DNA of 61,622 nucleotides, filler included, from Sluysia triapertura (lineage: Eukaryota), in the NCBI GenBank assembly GCA_046118255.1. It is 5 parts of 5 records of this genome, joined end to end, with 100 filler letters (N's around TTAATTAATTAA, not from the genome) between each part and the next. Parts side by side here need not be neighbours in the genome. Positions count along the whole stretch, not along the records: positions 35,892 to 48,198 come from JBJNIA010121083.1; positions 48,299 to 61,622 come from JBJNIA010046458.1; 3 more parts are not named here. One strand, given 5' to 3'. The translations under genes were made by a program, and so were the position numbers. The notes beneath the pieces are model-generated. The model was not told the DNA's origin and ran no database searches. It was given only the letters and a program-made list of their open reading frames with translations. Shown one piece after another: positions 40,601 to 53,434 of the stretch; position 1 is the first letter of the stretch; the number at the start of each line of letters is the position of its first letter.

Positions 40601-41828
40601 CCAGGTTTTGCTCGTAAGAGTGAAACAATAAAAAAGACTTAACATTTTTCACACCTACATTTAATGAAGCCAAAAATTATCATTTAAAAATTAAAGACCT
40701 TGTATTTCAGATATCTTGTATATTTGATAACTTGATTGAAATATAGAATCACTCGGTGTGTATAGAAATTTTTTATACTTAATAAACCTTAATTAAAGGT
40801 AACTATGTTAATTTGTGATATAATTGTAAAAAGATTAGGATATGCAAATACATAAACTAAAGAATAGACCCTCTGGAAAGAATATAATTTTCAATTGAGC
40901 AGGTATAAGTAAAATAAAATCTATTACACAAACTAAGTAAAATAGCAGAGGATTTAGAGATTTGCAGTTAATCGTATGTTAAAATTGTTCATTTACAATT
41001 ACAGATACGTTCACTTTACGTAACAGTCGTATACTGTAACTGTACCCTGCTAAATTTTATTTTACCGTAAGTTAATAAGAAAAAACCATAGCTGTATTAA
41101 CATTCAAGTGCATCAATTTAAACTTTGTGAAATTAATTTAAAAAAATACATTTTTCAAGAACACATTTTGCATAATTTAGGTGCTCGAAATACTGATAAA
41201 TTATGTTATTTTTAATACTCAAAATATTGTACTTAGAGTGATTAAAGTTGTAATAATTTTGCATACGTTTATCTAAATTAACAAATGTACTTTTTATTTT
41301 AAATGTTTAATACTTTAAAGAAAATTTTGTAGTTAATTTATATCTTACACAATTAACCAATTTTCTTGCTTGAGCCCAGCGTCACAAATATAATTGTGTG
41401 CACAAAACTAATGACAATTGATACCATATTTAAATAATAAAACGTCTGAGCTGCGATAGCGGTTTTTCCCCGAAGTCCTGGTGGCGAAATGGTTAGATTT
41501 GCCTAATTTTTCATGTCACAATTTTATGATGAAGTGTAATTCTCAAAGAGTTCATAAACGGTACAGTCTTATATTAATTATTTAAATAGTATTACATTTA
41601 TATCACGGTTTAGCAAACACTCAGATCGATGATTTAATGGCCTGAATAGTATTTATTTTCAACAAAATGTGTGCATTTCGAGTATTATATAAAATAATAT
41701 GATTTTAATGTTATTAATCATACTTTTATTTATAAAATAGCTAAAACTAATACATTACTTTATAAATAAAATTCAAATGTAAATTATTTACAAAAGTAAA
41801 GTTATTATGTAGCAAATGCTTTTAATCA

Positions 41829-42537
41829 TTAAAAAACCTTTTCAGCAGTATTTTCATTCCTTTGTTTTATAAGTTTTTCAGGTTTTATTATGCCACATTT
41901 TGAACCATGGTGCTCACATTCTTTTTTTAATAAACAATAAAATGGTGCTACCCATTTTCTAACAGGTTTTGATACAGTGATATCACGCGTTATATTATCT
42001 GAAACTTCTTTTATTTGAATTGGTTTAGTATATAATTGTCGTAGAGCACCAGTTACTGATGTTGACCGCTTTACTGTGACTACCTTACCTACAGTCTTCC
42101 AATCACAAGGTGGTGGAGAAACGTAATAAGATGAACCTATAATTCGCGAATAATGTTGCATACTTGTACCACTTGTTTCATCCTGATTCTCAGTAATAAA
42201 ATTAGGTCTTCTTTTTGATTCTTCTAACTTAGAAACCATTAAACTTTGTGAATAATAAGAACCACGATTGAAATTTATTCTACTTGATAACTTATATTCG
42301 TTTAGAACTTTGCAATATTGCTGATCAATATTAGGATTCATTGGCAAGTCAATGACACAAGATGAATTTAGTATATTACTTGTTTGATCTGATTGTTGTG
42401 GTTTAGACACATGTGACCACCTATTTTCATTTACACGTAAATTCGAAAAATGTTTTAAATTTTGTGATGTTTCAATTTTATTATCAGGACTTCGATCAGT
42501 TATATAAGAATGGGGTCGCATAATTAGAAATCTATCT
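41829..42537 (-). CDS. Orphan terminal exon or single-exon ORF (230 aa from ATG at 42521)
   Basis: Longest non-transposon ORF; ttattattcag acceptor at 42538-42540 in frame (phase 2, DRFLIMRPH...); AATAAA downstream on the minus strand near 41770-41775 region is not certain; no family recognised. Confidence 0.7.
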
Positions 42538-43199
42538 CTGAATAATAAATACGACTTCGAATATTACCATAAATCGTCCGATTTCAAGCATTATACACAT
42601 TTTATTTTATCTTTAAAATTCACATCATTTAAATTATTACAAATTAAATAATAAATTCTTTAGTAGAAATAAACAATATTAAGAAATATTGAATTTTCAT
42701 TTTTGTTTTATTACCTAACATAATAATAATGCTTAAATAGTGCTATGAAAAAAGTTACTCATAACTGTAAGAAAAATTTATCAATGTTAAAAACAAATTA
42801 TCATCATTCTTTTACAATCAAAGACATTAAAAAGAAATTTTGTTAAAGGATTTGAATCATATTTAAAAGGAATAAAACAAGTTTTATTAAACAATGTGAA
42901 GTTTAATATTGTTAAAAGAATGTATACACACATCATTATATCAATACATATACATATATCATTATAATTCACATTCTTTACTAAAACATTGTTGCATCTT
43001 TCTAAGGATTTTTATTATATATTAAATAGTTTTTCAGTTGACTTGTTGATTAATGTTATTTCTGCGTAGTTTTGAATGCGATTTGTAAGTAAAAACATTC
43101 ATACGTGTAAATGAGTAAAATATGTCTGTTGAAATTACTTTGCAAGAGAACGGGAATATTTTCATTAAAGTATTTAGTTTTGTTCAAAATAAAACTATG

Positions 43200-44100
43200 G
43201 AAATTATTGAGATCATGTAGAAAATTTGATCAAAGTTCATTATTTCCTCTAAATGGATATTCATTTTTCCATAATTGAGAGAAGGATCAAATGGTGGTGG
43301 TATTGATGTTATAATCGAACAAGTAACAAATTAAGTGACATTGTTCTACTTAAATATAAATCATTTGAACACATAGAATTAAGTATTACTGCGACAAGTA
43401 AAACAATATTATTAATTGCTATATATAGACGACCAAGTAATTCAATTAAAGAATTTTTAGAAGAATTCTGTGATTATTTGAATATTATTTTGGAAGAAGC
43501 CAAAGAAGTTTTAATAACAGAAGATTTTAATATAAAAATGAATGAAGAATGTAGAACAAGTAAAACATTCATCCAATTACTAAATATATTCAATTTAACG
43601 AACCGCGTGAAATTTAAAACTCATAAATGTGGAAAAATATTAGATTTATTAATAACCAATATTGATTGTAATATTTTTACTGATATAAAAGTGAATGACC
43701 TAATGGATATATCTGATCACTATTTATTCACTTTTAAAGTAGAATTTAAGATTACAAATTGTTTATCGTATAAAAATATTGAATACAGAAATTTATCAAA
43801 CATTGACATTGAAGAGGTCATATCGATCAAGTTTGAAAAAGAAACAAATTTTACAAATGACGTAGATAAAATGAGCAATTTATACAACAGAACATTATCC
43901 TTTTATTTAAACAAGCGTGCATTTTTAAAATGCAAAAATGTTGCAAAATGTGGTTTTAATGAAAAATTTTGGTTTGATTCTGAGATTATTGAGTAAAAGA
44001 AATGGAGAAATAAAAACTAATGAAACAAAAATATATTAAATATCTAAATAAACAATTCCAAGCTATTAAAATGAAAAAAGTAGATTTTATAATAAATTTG
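43200..44100 (+). mobile_element. L2/CR1-type LINE ORF2 APE endonuclease remnant
   Basis: Motifs GGG, FEHIEL, IYRRP, EDFNI (GDFN), THKCGKILDLLIT, ISDH, YRN and WF in the expected order; stops on both sides. Confidence 0.85.
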
Positions 44101-45544
44101 TTCAGATTTTATTAAAACTTTAACTGGACAATTATGAATATCTTACTGGGTTCGCGGAAGACTTAGTTATAGGATTTCAATGAGTCAATGCTTCCAATTA
44201 GTCCTTAATCTAAACTTATTCTAAAGAATTTATCTTTTTCGTATAAACAAATCAATTACTTTATAATGTAATAAAACTCGAGTAAGTCTCTAATATATAT
44301 ATTAAAAAAGAAAAACTAAGTAGTTTAAAAATTTTGAGTACAAAAAGCCAGTTTAATATATGTATAATATGAACAAAAATAAATTCAAATAATAGACAAA
44401 TATATACTAGGATTTTATCCTAAGTTATTTTATTACAACGAAAATTTAGATAAGATTTTAACCCAGGTGAAAGTTAAAAAATATTTTAAGTGTATTTTAG
44501 CACAAACTTATTTTTGTGAATACTTAATATAAATAGCTTATGGTTTTACAAATATATTCTCGATCCGAAGAATTTTCAAATATAAGATTTAGGTACAAAT
44601 TCTAAATGCTCCGTATGTAAACCAATTGTGTCGCCAACCAAGTAGTAATCCAACTGAATTTGATAATATCGACCACGAATAAAAATTATCCTTGTAATTA
44701 CGTCCTTGTGTACTTCACGTAAAAATTGTAAACGAACAACTTGTGTAAGCAAATTGTAAAACTAAATTGTGATTGCTATCGAAAACCGTAAACTATTTAT
44801 ACTAAACAAAATTTTTTTGAAGTCTACCGGCAAGCTTTAATATGTACCGGCTATTTTCTTTCGGTAGATATTATTTTATTTATTTTTAAAAGAAAATATG
44901 ATTAAAATTATTTGGTAAATTATATCTTGATAAAAATTAATTAATTAGTACAAAATTTCTTTTTTGTTTTCAGACAAAATTAATTAATTTGACTTTTAAA
45001 TTATATTTTTTTAACCAAAAATGTTTTTTCAAATTACTAAAATTATTCAAAACTTGTTTAAATTATTAAAAATAATTAAATTAACTAATCATATTTTTAC
45101 TAATTAAATTATTTACATATTCAACAATTGCATCAAGTGGCATCATCCGCAGTCCAACAGTAAATCAAGACCATTCTTGAACTCATGTTTTATTTAGACA
45201 ATCAATGTTTAGTAAATATATTACTTAAGATAAATTTAAACTTTTGAAGCTGAAATTATAAAACACACTAAAAATATTGTCTATTTCAATTAAACTCATA
45301 CTTAACATGTTAAAGTTATAAAATTAAACGTTCCGGAGGTTTAATTTTAAATTATTGTCCTTTTTATCATCTTTCACTTTTATATACATTTATTTATTAA
45401 CACATTTATTTATTCAGTTTTGTAAAATTAAAAAATTATAATCTTAGTTTCATTTCATTGAATAAACATTTTACTAAGAGTTGTAAATTAAATTATAAAT
45501 TTTTGAGACAATTAAGTGCATAGTTAATTTGTTAATTGAGCATT

Positions 45545-45720
45545 TTATAAGACCATCATTGAGGAGTATTGCTATTTTGATAAAGTATTACTTTATACAG
45601 TTACAGGAACGACCTCTTTACGACATAAGACGTTTACTGTAACCGGATCCTACTCAAAAATATTTTGCCGTAGGTTAAGTGTTAGAAAATGTCACAGCAT
45701 TCTTATATTTTCATTTTTTA
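45545..45720 (+). repeat. Dispersed repeat, inverted copy of 7290-7455
   Basis: Shared CTCAAAAATATTTTGCCGTA..TTAAGTGTTAGAAAA and flanking similarity. Confidence 0.65.
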
Positions 45721-45871
45721 TTTTCTACGCTTAAATTCATTTTGAGTTTTTTCCTATTTTCAGATTTTTTAGGCTTTGAAATTATTTCATTTATTATAAA
45801 ATTTATAAAAGTTTTATTTATATACTTTATAATTATTTTATTAATTGGTATTCTTACATATACATTAATAG

Positions 45872-45955
45872 CATACAAAGATCTGGAACATCGACGCAAT
45901 ATGCGTCACGAAGCATGGAGAAACCCTGGTTGGGATGAATGTGTCATGCATACTG
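45872..45955 (+). CDS. NIPSNAP: NIPSNAP family protein, penultimate exon
   Basis: tag acceptor; (A)YKDLEHRRNMRHEAWRNPGWDECVMHT; G|gt donor. Matches the NIPSNAP C-terminus WAYKDL..R...R..AWR.PGWDECV..T. Confidence 0.9.
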
Positions 45956-46187
45956 GTTTGTCTAAAATTTCTAAATTTATTATAATTAATTTTAAACCTT
46001 AGTACTGTGTTTTGGGTAAGCTAACAATGTGAAGTATCGTTATTCACGATTTTCCGAAACACGTTTCGTTTACGTTAATAATAAAAAATGAGTTGTGTTA
46101 TATTAAGTGTCAAGTGCAAAGGTTTAAAACATTACATTTACTTTTAAACATATTGAAAACAATTCTTAATTAATGTTTTAATTATAG

Positions 46188-46252
46188 TGCCACTAATTCG
46201 CCATATGAAAAGTAACATTCTTCGAGCAACTCCATTCAGTAAAATTTCATAA
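46188..46252 (+). CDS. NIPSNAP: NIPSNAP family protein, last exon
   Basis: Phase-1 splice gives VPLIRHMKSNILRATPFSKIS*, comparable to VPLVRHMESRIM in human NIPSNAP1. Confidence 0.9.
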
Positions 46253-48198
46253 ATCGATTTTAACATTGCCTTTATTGGTTAAACTTAACTGCTCTATTAG
46301 AAATAATTGCTATAGTTACAAAGATTAATTCATAAAGGTATTATTTGGCAGTAATAATAACAATAAAATTAATAATAATAATTATTATTATTATTATAAA
46401 TTTAAAATATAAATATAAATTGTATAAAAGCAATATATTACTTTTGTTTAAAATACAATTTATATTATATAAATTTCGTATATTGTTAAATAATAGACAA
46501 ACTAAATATTGTTTAAGACTTCAGAATTTACAGTAAATAAATTTAATATAAATATTTCTAATATTATCAAGTAAAATTTTTTATAACAAATTTTATATTT
46601 TTAAACTTTTGCATAATTTATTTGACAATATCATTTTATAATTTTGTTATTATTATGTATCATATTGGTATTTCTCTAAAAATTAGTTATTTTATTAAAA
46701 TAGACATTTTTAGAAATATATTAGTTAAGTTTTTAATTATAGCAAAGCTGATTCATGAGTTTTTTCAATAAAGATCATTTTTTATTAATGTAAGAATCCG
46801 AAGTTGAAATAATTAACTTAATAAAGTCAGTAAAATTATAACTATATATTATGACTATATAACTAAAATTATATATATATGTATTGCGTTGGAAGAACGA
46901 AAACATTAAAATTCATGCATGTATGCTTTATGATGTGGCCATACATCATAGTAAAAAAGCTAGCTACGTAGATCAAACAAGTATCGAATTTGTAAGATAT
47001 ATTGTAGTTATCATCTGTTAAATGAAGTAATAAAAAATAATTAAAATTATCAGATTTGTGATGGCAAGACAATTCCAAGGTAATATAAAAATTAATGACA
47101 AATTAAAAAATGTTGGTGCCCGCATTAATAAATAAAAATCACAAAAAAGTAACATAAGTTACTAGCCTTGATGTATTTTATTATGTATTTGTAATCAATT
47201 ACTAAAGAATAAACCTCAATCTCACTGTTTTCCGCAAATAGAGTGAGGTTCTTTAATAGGAAGTCTTAATTTTTCGTCGAGTCTCTGCTTATATAATCTA
47301 TTCTTGTTGGTCGGACATAAGCTGACCAAATTTAATGATTAAATGTTAACAATAATTTGCCCTATGTCCAATTTCGTTATCCTTTGTAATTACCCAAAGG
47401 TAATGGGATTTGTGATAAACAATCTTTTCAACATCCTTAAATTAAAATTTAATATTATTACATGAATATTCTATCAACCCAAATTATTAACTTAAATTAA
47501 GAATTAATGAAATACTAAATATATATTTCACAGAAATTTCTTGCACAATACGTTGCATGTCGAGTTAAGTAATATATTTGAATTGTTATCTTGAACATTA
47601 ATTTACTTATACTTATACTTAAACATTGGAACATATTTAATTTTACATTATAAAAACTAATTAAAATAACTATTTTTACGTTATCTACGTCGACGTACTT
47701 CGTTACACTTTATCATTAAGAATACTAATGAAACTCATCATTCTACACTAATTCGAATGTGATTTTATCATGAGTAAACGTTTTTCATTGAGTTATCAAA
47801 TTAAATAACAAATGTACATTAATATTTTAACAAATAAAACCTTATAAAGGGTTCTTTCTTCGTATATTTTATTTTTTCCAAATATTTAGACACTTATTTT
47901 ATTATGATAATGCTTTATCTTCATTCCTCAATGATGTTTATTTCACTTTTATGCCATGAGTTTTAACCCTTATTTTCCTCCTTATCCTTAACTAATTCAA
48001 ACAGTTTTATTTGCATAAGTTTTACCTTAGTTAAATAAGGGATTAATTTATTACTTACAATCATTTTCTAATTTGTTGAGCTATCGTAAGACTAGTTATA
48101 AAATCTATATAATTGTGTTATTATTGTTGGGATTAGTGAAGAATAAGGGTTGATATAAGGGTCAAAACTTAGGATAACAGAATAAGTTGAACGTTATT

Positions 48199-48298
48199 NN
48201 NNNNNNNNNNNNNNNNNNNNNNNNNNNNNNNNNNNNNNNNNNTTAATTAATTAANNNNNNNNNNNNNNNNNNNNNNNNNNNNNNNNNNNNNNNNNNNN
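48199..48298. other. Artificial assembly spacer
   Basis: N-run + TTAATTAATTAA + N-run, 100 nt. Confidence 0.95.
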
Positions 48299-49790
48299 AT
48301 TTTAGTGAAATTTGGTTTGTGTATATTAGGTTTGGCATTTTGATTGGGTTTAGATTATGAGTGTTGACCACTACATCAGCCCCCTCCGAAGAAGCGGAGC
48401 GGTATATTTTTATTGTTGTGAAAGATCTGGTATCTTCAATTGTATTATGTGTAACCCTTTTTCGTTTAGAAATGCAGCAGTGTTGTTAAAGGTTACAGTT
48501 TTTTCTATTGTTGAATTGTGGGAATCGTCTTCAACTAGCATGATTGCGGGTTTAAGTTTACACCAGTTTACTGTTTTGCGTTTTCCATCGTTATTGATTG
48601 AAGAGGTATTGCTGTTTGTATTGAAATGATTGATTTTGTATGGACCGGTGTATCAAAGGTTGAAGAGATTTTGGATTTTCTGTTTTTAACCACACAAATT
48701 TACTGTCTAAAATATTTTTGAGTATAAAGATGTGAGGAACCTCGTTGTGTTGTGTTGATTTGTTGAGCTCATTGAAGAAGAGGTGAGTAAGTTTTTTCTG
48801 TGGGATGATCAGTTTCGAATAATTCGAAAGGTACCCTAGTGTTGGTTCCTAATACAATTTGGGCTGGGGAGTATCCTGTTGAGGAGTGAGGAGCCTAGTA
48901 AAATTAGTGGTAACGCATCGATCCAATTGTGATTTATTGATAGTGCGCGCAAGGAGTTTTTAGAGTTCTGTGGAATTTTTCTATCATCCCATTAGATTGT
49001 GGATGATATGCTGTTGTTCGTAGTCTAATAGTGCCAAGTTGTTTGAGTAAATTATTGAAGAGATTAGACTCGAACTGAGCTCCTTGATCGGTGGTAATTC
49101 TTTTAGGGACACCAAAGTCTGAAATCCAGTTTGTTATTAAGATTCTGGATATGGTGTCTGTTGTGATTGATCTGATCGGAAACGCTTCGGACCATCTGCT
49201 GTGTCGGTCCAGTATGGTTAGAATATAAGTATATCCACGTGATTGTGGTAGTGGTCCGACTATATCCATGTGTATGGTGTCGAATAGTTGGCCTGTGGGG
49301 AAGTGAAGCGTTTGAAGTTTGATATTTTTGTGTATTTTCACCGATTGACATGTCAAACAGGCTTTGATGTCTTTGCGCATTGAATGCCATATTACTTTTG
49401 AATGTAGTAATTCATATGTGGCCTTAGCTCCGGCGTGTGTCATATTATGAATATGTTCGAAAGCCTTAATCCGGAGTTGTTGTCCATGTACTGGTCGAGA
49501 AGTACCAGATAGTTGATAGTCATAGAAAATTCCATTCTGTAATGATGGTTTTGTTGAGAATTTGGAAATTTCTTGACTAGTTGGAGGATTGTCTTGTAAT
49601 TCTTGGACTGTGAATATTGATTGAAATTCGATGCTATTTAGACCTACACGTGATAGTGCATCGGCGACCACGTTTTCTTGTCCCGGAATGAATTCTATAT
49701 TGAAATTGAATTGGGACAAGTAGCTGATGTGCCTGTAAACTCCTTGTAACAGTTCGGATACAAAATCTTTTGTGTAATCCTCTACCAATA
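48299..49790 (-). mobile_element. Ty3/Gypsy retrotransposon 3' part: end of RNase H, integrase, PPT, start of 3' LTR
   Basis: IPGQENVVADALSR; HHCC finger (HNMTH...CLTC); DDE core (IHMDIVGPLP, ITTDQGAQFES, AYHPQSNGMIEKFHRTLK); TGPY motif near 48640; purine tract GGAGGGGG then TGTAGTGGTCAAC from 48375. Confidence 0.92.
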
Positions 49791-51699
49791 TTGACAGTTA
49801 AGATTTATAAGTAATATTTCTTGTTCAATCAGAGTGAAAAATACTTTATTTTTCACGCATACCATATTATGGTGAAAATTTTCTTGATTATATATTCTTG
49901 ATATTTAATTTTTCTTTATAATTAATTTTATCATACAGTCAATTTTACTCTAACAAAATATACATTTTAATCTTATTCCATATATTTTTATAATCTTATT
50001 CCATATCATATATAGGAGTTAATCACATTCTATAATATAATTCTGGCTACATTTTCATCCGCTTTATTTATTTATTCTATATTTATTTTCTGTACATGCT
50101 GTAGTTTATTTATATCATTCTTAGTATTAATTCATCTTTGCGCTTTTATGGTGTTCTTGCAACTTCTACAGCTCCTTTCTTGACTAATTAAGTGTGGTAA
50201 ACTCCATTCTTTCTTATTTTTATTATTTTCTTTTCAATTTTTCAGTGAATTTTTAAATGTTTTCCCCATTTTCAAGCCTCTAAGTTTCACTTTACAGTTA
50301 AATTATAAATATAGTTTGTAAAAATGTATTAACTTTATTAAAATACGCAGTGTGTTACAATTTAAAATTATTCACAAAGTTATTTAAATGAAAAACATTA
50401 ATGATCTCGAAATTTTTCCAAATAGTATTGAGATCTTTATTTTATATATTTCGATGGATTTTTGTCAGCTATCTTTTTTGAATTTATTTTTCGACCTATT
50501 ATATATTTTTTGTTAATAAAAGTAACAGTAATAACATTGTCATTGAATTTATTATTTACAATGTTTATGTGCGTTTATAAAATTGTAATTCAATTAATTG
50601 ATTGTTTATTCTGGCTTAGTTTTCGTTGTATTTTTCATTTTTTAATTTTTCAAAAAGTATTTCTAATTTCTTAACCTAGAATTACTTAATTTCATTTCTA
50701 AAAATTATTTCAGAATTATTCAGAATTGCATTTCAGATTCTTTCAATATATTACATCATGTTAATTATGGGATTAAAACTTTTAAAATGTATTTTGAAAT
50801 ATAAAATATAACTTTTAAAAGACACTTATGGTTTGTGTAGTCCATGAATTATTGTCTAAACACAATAGAATATTTATTTTAAGTTATGAAATATTTTGTT
50901 TTGAAATTTCATGGTTAATATATTAATATTTGATTATTTTCATTTATTTTATTCGGTATGCAAAAAATATTAACCAAATCACATTTTTCAATGCGTATAT
51001 TAATATGTAAATGTAACATTAAATACTCTATAATAATTAACTACGGATATCTTTTTTTGTTTAAAATATCTTCCGAGACATTACTACGGAGTTTTTTTAC
51101 AATACGTAGATTAATTATTCAAATTTTAATAATTTTTGGCTTTTAACTAAGCTACTTAGATGTGCCATGTTTTGCCTTTCAAAATCTTCAAGATCTGGAT
51201 TAAATGATGGCTTTGATAACAGTTTAATGTTTTTAAATTATCTTAAATGTTGCGTGAAATATTCTTGTGTAATATTTCTAGTTTGTATTCAATGTTTTAT
51301 TTGATATCTTAATTGTTAAATCAATACCAAAACCAATGTCAATTTGAAAACAGTACCGAATATTATACTTTATGAAGGCGCTTAATTAGTTAGGTATTTT
51401 CGATTAAAACAACGTTAATGACAAATCACTAAATATATAGCTATTACAGTGATATCTCGGCTGTTTCTGATTTCTGTTAAACCAATGTTAAGTCTTGATG
51501 TTGGATTAAACAATTGCAAAATAAGAATACATAATTACAAAGTGAGTAAATCGCGAAAAATATAAATTCAATATTCTGTTATTATAAAATATGCATAACA
51601 CTGTTGTATATAAAATAAAAATGGCCTAGATAAAAAAGTAGAAGCATATAATATTAATAAACAACTTTGAGCATTGTATAATACAATGTGACTGGAGGT

Positions 51700-51930
51700 C
51701 ACATGCCAATACACTAGTGCATATCGATTGATAGACGTTTCAATTGAGGAAGTTATTCAAGAAAATGAATTTATTGGTAATCGATTGCAAAGACTTGACT
51801 GTATAGCCCAAAGTTTAATGCTATCGAACATGCTTGGTCAGTTTAAAAACTGACATTAAAATAGATTAGGCTACTCAAATGCAACAAATTTTAACCAGTG
51901 AAGACAGAGTTGAAACGACTTGGAGTATTT
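51700..51930 (+). mobile_element. IS630/Tc1-like transposase C-terminal remnant
   Basis: YSPKFNAIEHAWSV*K at 51802-51849 resembles YSP.LNPIE..W..LK. Confidence 0.5.
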
Positions 51931-53359
51931 TTAACTTCAAATTTTTTATTACAAAACTGAAATTGTTAATCCCAATTTAATGTCAGAAAATGTCTCTCAG
52001 CAATGTTACTAATGATGGCAATGAAACATTATTTCTTATGAAGCAAACTGAGGTTATATAGGAAATGTTTCTCAACAAAAATAAGCAAGAAAATATTAAT
52101 ATACATGTTTTTTCAGTACGAAAATATTAGAAACACATGATTATTTTGGAATATCCAGGTTTTAGTAGCGAAATTTATACGTTATAAATTAATAGAGTGG
52201 TCATTTAATCGTTTAGAATCAGATATCGATGTTTATTTAACTGAAGAATTTGAGACTAATCATGAAATTTTTGAAATGACTGAAAATAAAGTAGATGATA
52301 TTAACGACACTCTTTGATTTTTGAATTATGACAAGGTTGATGATCAAATTGGTGTTCTCATTTTTCATAGTTTTGACAAGTCAATCGACATTATGAATAC
52401 TGATCGCAATAGCAAGAAATGATGCTAATCTTACGTTAGATGGAACATTAAAGTTTGAAAACGTGAAAATTCACAATGGGTTTGCTGCCATGCGTTAGTA
52501 ACAGTTTTTTGGGTTATCTTCCTTTTAAATATTATGTAATACGTTCACATTTTCATGAATATAAAATATTTTGTAATCAATAAATATGGAATGCGTTTGT
52601 GTTCTTTCTTTGGATTATAAATGCCCTCACATAAAGGTAAAGCTATTCACGGCTTGATAAAAAAGCGAATCACTCATTTCCACAATTCTTAATGTCACTT
52701 TAGAAATTAACACAATGAAGACGGATGACGAAAATTCACATTTTTTATTTTTGAACCGTTGGAGACGAATGATGTTAATTCATGTTATTTGGAATTTTAA
52801 GCAACATCGTATAATTTATATAATTTACTTTTAATATAATTTCAATAAAATATACGGGAATTCAGGCTACATGATTTTCATCACATACCGTTGTCAATGT
52901 GTTAACTTTATTAAAGTTTATGATATTACGTTTTTTTATTGCAACCCGTACGACAATGAATTAAAAATTTAATACAGGCATAAGTCAAATTAAACTATTT
53001 TTAATTTTAGCTTTCCGGTTTTTAAAATTTATATAGAAAATGTAAGTCAAAAATTTAACATTGTGGATTCTACTTGGCATAAATAAAAAAAGTGAAAAAA
53101 ATTTTAAATTAAATCAAATTTTTCCAAATCAGTAATAAAATATTAAAATTTCAAACACATTTTCAATGCTTTCTCAGATACTTTATTTTGTTAACTGTTA
53201 TTTCAGTAGTATTGAATTCATGCTTATTGAAATGTCATACTAGGAATTATTTGTTAATTATTAAAATTGGAGTGTCTTATCTAAATGAATTTTTTAAAAA
53301 AATTGTGGCATATATGCGAGATTATAATATAATGAATTTAAATGAATATTTATTTATAG

Positions 53360-53434
53360 GTTCTACAAATTTACAGGAAAGTATAAAAAAGCCTCGTCGA
53401 TGTCTAATGTGTAATTGCAAAGTTGGTTTAACAG
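53360..53434 (+). CDS. AN1-type zinc finger protein (ZFAND5/6-like), penultimate exon
   Basis: tag acceptor; STNLQESIKKPRRCLMCNCKVGLT; G|gtaata donor. Confidence 0.88.

Noticed and set aside
47061-47079. MARQFQ mini-exon as first exon of the AN1 gene
   Set aside because: Phase-compatible but separated by the spacer at 48199; no other support.
48357-49390. ORFs 48357-48629 (+) and 49103-49390 (-) as separate genes
   Set aside because: Antisense and alternate-frame shadows of the Gypsy pol region.
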